Shown here piece by piece: positions 58,750-61,575 of a DNA stretch of 61,575 nucleotides. The stretch's first letter is position 1, and the number at the start of each line of letters is the position of its first letter. Source of the stretch: Myxococcota bacterium (GTDB taxonomy: Bacteria; Myxococcota; XYA12-FULL-58-9; JABJBS01); the NCBI GenBank assembly GCA_036339465.1, contig JAYZAY010000044.1:1-61575 (forward strand), written 5' to 3'. A program made the translations under genes and the position numbers. Below the pieces are notes generated by a model. The model did no database searches and was not told the DNA's origin. It was given only the letters and a program-made list of their open reading frames with translations.

Positions 58750-59397
58750 ATGCCGCATTTAACCAAAGCTGAAGCCATCACTGTCTCCCCATCCGTACAG
58801 TCACTCATTCAAGAAGGGCGAATTACCAACCCTGGCACTCCTCGGGGTCGACTCCTAAGAGCCGCCGCACATTTGTTTCGGGAAAAAGGTTATCATCGAA
58901 CAACCGTGCGCGATATTGCCTCGCTGGTGGGCATTCAATCAGGAAGCCTTTTTCATCACTTCAAAAGTAAAGAAGACATTCTAATCCAGGTCATGAAAGA
59001 AACCATTTTGATCTGTACCGAGCATCTGAAGACGGCAATCGGGGATTTGACCGAACCAGTTCAACAGCTTGAAGCTCTAATTCGAGCAGAATTGGAATGT
59101 GTGCTAGGAGAGACCGGCGAAGCAATGACTGTGTTGGTACAAGAATGGACCAGCCTATCATCTGACCCAAAAGAAAATCTTATGGATCTCAGGCAACGTT
59201 ATGAATCGATTTGGATTCAGGTGCTCGCTTCTGTCGATAAGGATGTTCCACTGTCCATGGACCCCACTATTTTGAGGAAACTTCTGACCGGAGCTATTGC
59301 CTGGGTGATCAATTGGTTTAACCCGCAGGGCACGATGAATTCAACTGATCTTGCCAAAGAGGTCCTAAAGTTGGCAATATCTTCCCATAGAAAGTAA
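58750..59397 (+). CDS. atuR: TetR-family regulator (AtuR-like)
   Basis: AA.LF.EKGY..TTVRDIA..VGIQSGSLFHHFKSKE.IL; divergent from the atu-like genes. Confidence 0.82.
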   Translation: MPHLTKAEAITVSPSVQSLIQEGRITNPGTPRGRLLRAAAHLFREKGYHRTTVRDIASLVGIQSGSLFHHFKSKEDILIQVMKETILICTEHLKTAIGDLTEPVQQLEALIRAELECVLGETGEAMTVLVQEWTSLSSDPKENLMDLRQRYESIWIQVLASVDKDVPLSMDPTILRKLLTGAIAWVINWFNPQGTMNSTDLAKEVLKLAISSHRK

Positions 59398-59459
59398 CTT
59401 TTCCCCTTGGATATAAAAGTTTCCTCAGTTACACTCGCCTCGAAAGAGTCTGATTCAAA

Positions 59460-60713
59460 ATGACGCCAGTGAATGAAAACGATCTCTCGATTCGTTCGAG
59501 GCGCGCGCAACTTGAAAGGCTCTACGAGCTGCTCCTGCGGGCTCGCCACAAGCTCTTCTTTCCTCCGTTCTATGAAAGTCAGTTCCGCAAATATTACGCG
59601 AAAGAATTCGAGTCCGCCCGTAGAGTGACCATCTGTATCGGCGCAACCATCTGTCTGGCAATGGGAATTCTAGACAAGTTCTTTTTGGGAGAAAACTGGA
59701 TTTACCTTATTTTATTCCGGCATATCGTGGCTGGTTCCCTTTTGGTAGGAAGCGTCTTATTCACCTTCACGCAACATTTTCGCCAGAATCAGCAACTCAC
59801 TATTGTGGCCGTGCAGGCCATTGTAACCGTAGTTCTGACCAGTTTAATCGCGGTAGCCCCCCAACAAGCAGCCCTCGTCTATTTCTCAGGTCTCATTCTA
59901 CTTGTCCTCTTCAGCACCGCGGTCGCCAGACTCCACCTCGTCAGGGGACTTATTAGCACACTCATCATCGGATTGACTTATTTCTCGGTCATCGTATGGT
60001 TCGACAAATTCCCAGTCGAAATTCTCTTTGGACATCTGCTCTTTTATCTCGCCGCAGCAATCCTCGGTTTGGCCGCAGAATATTTGATGGAACGAAGCGT
60101 CAGAGTTGACTACCTCCAAAATAGAATTGTCACCCTCCTCAATGAAGAACTTCACCAAGTCAATGCCCAGCTTAGCCAGCAAGCCAAACAGGACGGTCTC
60201 ACCGGTCTCGCCAACCGTTTTCATTTCGACCAGGTCCTAAAAAAGGAATGGTTACGGGCTCAACGCGATAACTTCCCCCTCAGCCTCCTATTACTCGACC
60301 TAGATTATTTCAAAGCCTACAATGATACCTACGGACATCAAGCCGGAGATGTTTGCCTAACCCAAACCGCACAACAGATAAAACAAGTTGCCCGCCGGCC
60401 AGGGGACCTCGCAGCTCGATATGGAGGCGAGGAATTTGTCGTTATATTAACAGACACCGACCTAAATTCCGCAAAGCTGCTGGCAACCCAAATTAACTCA
60501 GATATTTTCCATCTTGGAATCCCCCATTCCAACTCCAGAGTTGCGCCCTATGTTACAGCCAGTGTCGGCTGCGCGACGATCATCCCCACCAACACCGACC
60601 AACCAGAGGAACTTATAGAACGAGCGGATCAAGCACTCTACACCGCCAAAACCAATGGGAGAAATCAAATCTGGCAATACGCCAACAACCAATACGCATT
60701 GAAGAGTTCCTGA
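59460..60713 (+). CDS. Membrane-bound diguanylate cyclase
   Basis: About 6 TM helices, DGLTGLANR, DLDYFK.YND.YGH..GD, RPGD I-site, GGEEF. Confidence 0.93.
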   Translation: MTPVNENDLSIRSRRAQLERLYELLLRARHKLFFPPFYESQFRKYYAKEFESARRVTICIGATICLAMGILDKFFLGENWIYLILFRHIVAGSLLVGSVLFTFTQHFRQNQQLTIVAVQAIVTVVLTSLIAVAPQQAALVYFSGLILLVLFSTAVARLHLVRGLISTLIIGLTYFSVIVWFDKFPVEILFGHLLFYLAAAILGLAAEYLMERSVRVDYLQNRIVTLLNEELHQVNAQLSQQAKQDGLTGLANRFHFDQVLKKEWLRAQRDNFPLSLLLLDLDYFKAYNDTYGHQAGDVCLTQTAQQIKQVARRPGDLAARYGGEEFVVILTDTDLNSAKLLATQINSDIFHLGIPHSNSRVAPYVTASVGCATIIPTNTDQPEELIERADQALYTAKTNGRNQIWQYANNQYALKSS

Positions 60714-60716
60714 TAT

Positions 60717-61091
60717 ATGGACCCAAATGAATGTATCTGTCAGTCTACTATAGCAGCAATAGCCAAGAGTAACCTCAAGGCAAAAGCCTCCAGCTTCCAA
60801 CAAATCCTCGGCGATACGAAGCAACTTGGTACGCTCGTCGAAAAAGCGAAGGCGATCCGAAACGTATTCAACCAAATGGGCGCGGGCCTGTATTTGATTC
60901 AGGGAGGCTGGGCCATAGACCGCGCGCAATACTCTAATCCTGGCACGAATGAAAACAACGATGGTTTGGTCCAACCAAAGACAAAGACAGGAGCGAAGCA
61001 GACAACTGAAATCTGTGTAAATATCCCTGAAGCAAGCACTCAAATAGTAAAAAAGAGGACCACAAGCCCCCATGTCCAACCGATACTTTGA
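60717..61091 (+). CDS. Possible hypothetical protein
   Basis: Fills the gap between two + strand genes; no motif; competes with an antisense ORF. Confidence 0.3.
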   Translation: MDPNECICQSTIAAIAKSNLKAKASSFQQILGDTKQLGTLVEKAKAIRNVFNQMGAGLYLIQGGWAIDRAQYSNPGTNENNDGLVQPKTKTGAKQTTEICVNIPEASTQIVKKRTTSPHVQPIL

Positions 61092-61575
61092 CGCATTGGC
61101 TCATCTAGATGACAAACGTGTGACGTCTCCAATAGACTACTTGAAACGGGCGGCAAAAAACGGGGTTCACTACATCCTTAATACTGGTGTAAACCCTCAA
61201 CAAGAGAGCTCAATTCAACCTCTATCAATCCTCCAAACCAAAGGGATACCAACCCTACTGAGCGCCTTCGGTTTGCACCCAAGCCATGCCAATACGATGG
61301 ACGCCAACAGACTTCTCCCCACCTTAGAAGAGCGAATCAGCACCTCACCTTACCCCTGTGTCGCATTGGGAGAAATCGGCTTAGACCGTCGTCTGAATCA
61401 ACCTGCCCTCGAAACTCAACTGAGGGTGTTCACACTCCAGCTTGAATTCACGAAAGCGCACGGTCTACCTTTTATAATCCACGGCGTAAAAAGCACCCAA
61501 ATAATGCTAGAGACATTAACAAAACTAGGCCCCTATCCCAGAGGAGGTATGTGGCACAGCTTTGGGGGGCCAAGT
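61072..61575 (+). CDS. tatD: TatD-family hydrolase (partial; runs off the right edge)
   Basis: Manual translation MSNRYFDALAHL...FGLHP...ALGEIGLD...Q..VF..QL...LP.IIH...GMWHSFGG. Confidence 0.88.
   Translation, partial: MSNRYFDALAHLDDKRVTSPIDYLKRAAKNGVHYILNTGVNPQQESSIQPLSILQTKGIPTLLSAFGLHPSHANTMDANRLLPTLEERISTSPYPCVALGEIGLDRRLNQPALETQLRVFTLQLEFTKAHGLPFIIHGVKSTQIMLETLTKLGPYPRGGMWHSFGGPS

Noticed and set aside
60498..61079. 193-aa minus-strand ORF
   Set aside because: Overlaps the GGDEF gene by more than 200 nt and has no motif.

Overview
Bacterial chromosomal window of roughly mid-range GC, judged by eye. The + strand is visibly C/A-rich throughout. Gene styles (a TonB-domain-fused receptor, a MYXO-CTERM-like tail, an RRM protein) suggest a Myxococcota/deltaproteobacterial-type organism; this is inference. 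Most content is housekeeping or metabolic: proBA, an ALDH8-type dehydrogenase, alkB-like, RRM, ahpC, an overlapping ileS-leuS pair, a REC-GAF-adenylate cyclase, a 6-gene FG-GAP/ABC/LolA-like/beta-barrel operon, aguB-aguA, GT4, yaaA, pssA, mbnP-mbnH, infA, murB, a TonB receptor, maf, a decayed rocD, a GSII-type glutamine synthetase, an atuR/atuBCDEF-like terpene cluster, a GGDEF protein and a partial tatD. I recognised no rRNA, tRNA, CRISPR, transposase or phage genes. The most interesting lead is a two-gene (ATGA-coupled) version of a TrcP-like tRNA C-to-pseudouridine editor: a stand-alone deaminase-like gene followed by RluA. Other leads are a possible Lol-like export operon with FG-GAP cargo, an orphan structured transcript with its own terminator at 38.16-38.41 kb, a MshEN-repeat/CheX-like pseudo-phosphatase, an RHH-Zn-finger/lipase operon with three operator-like boxes, a zinc-ligand-free IleRS, and tandem repeats anchored on stop codons. 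All family calls come from motif recognition; no database search was run.
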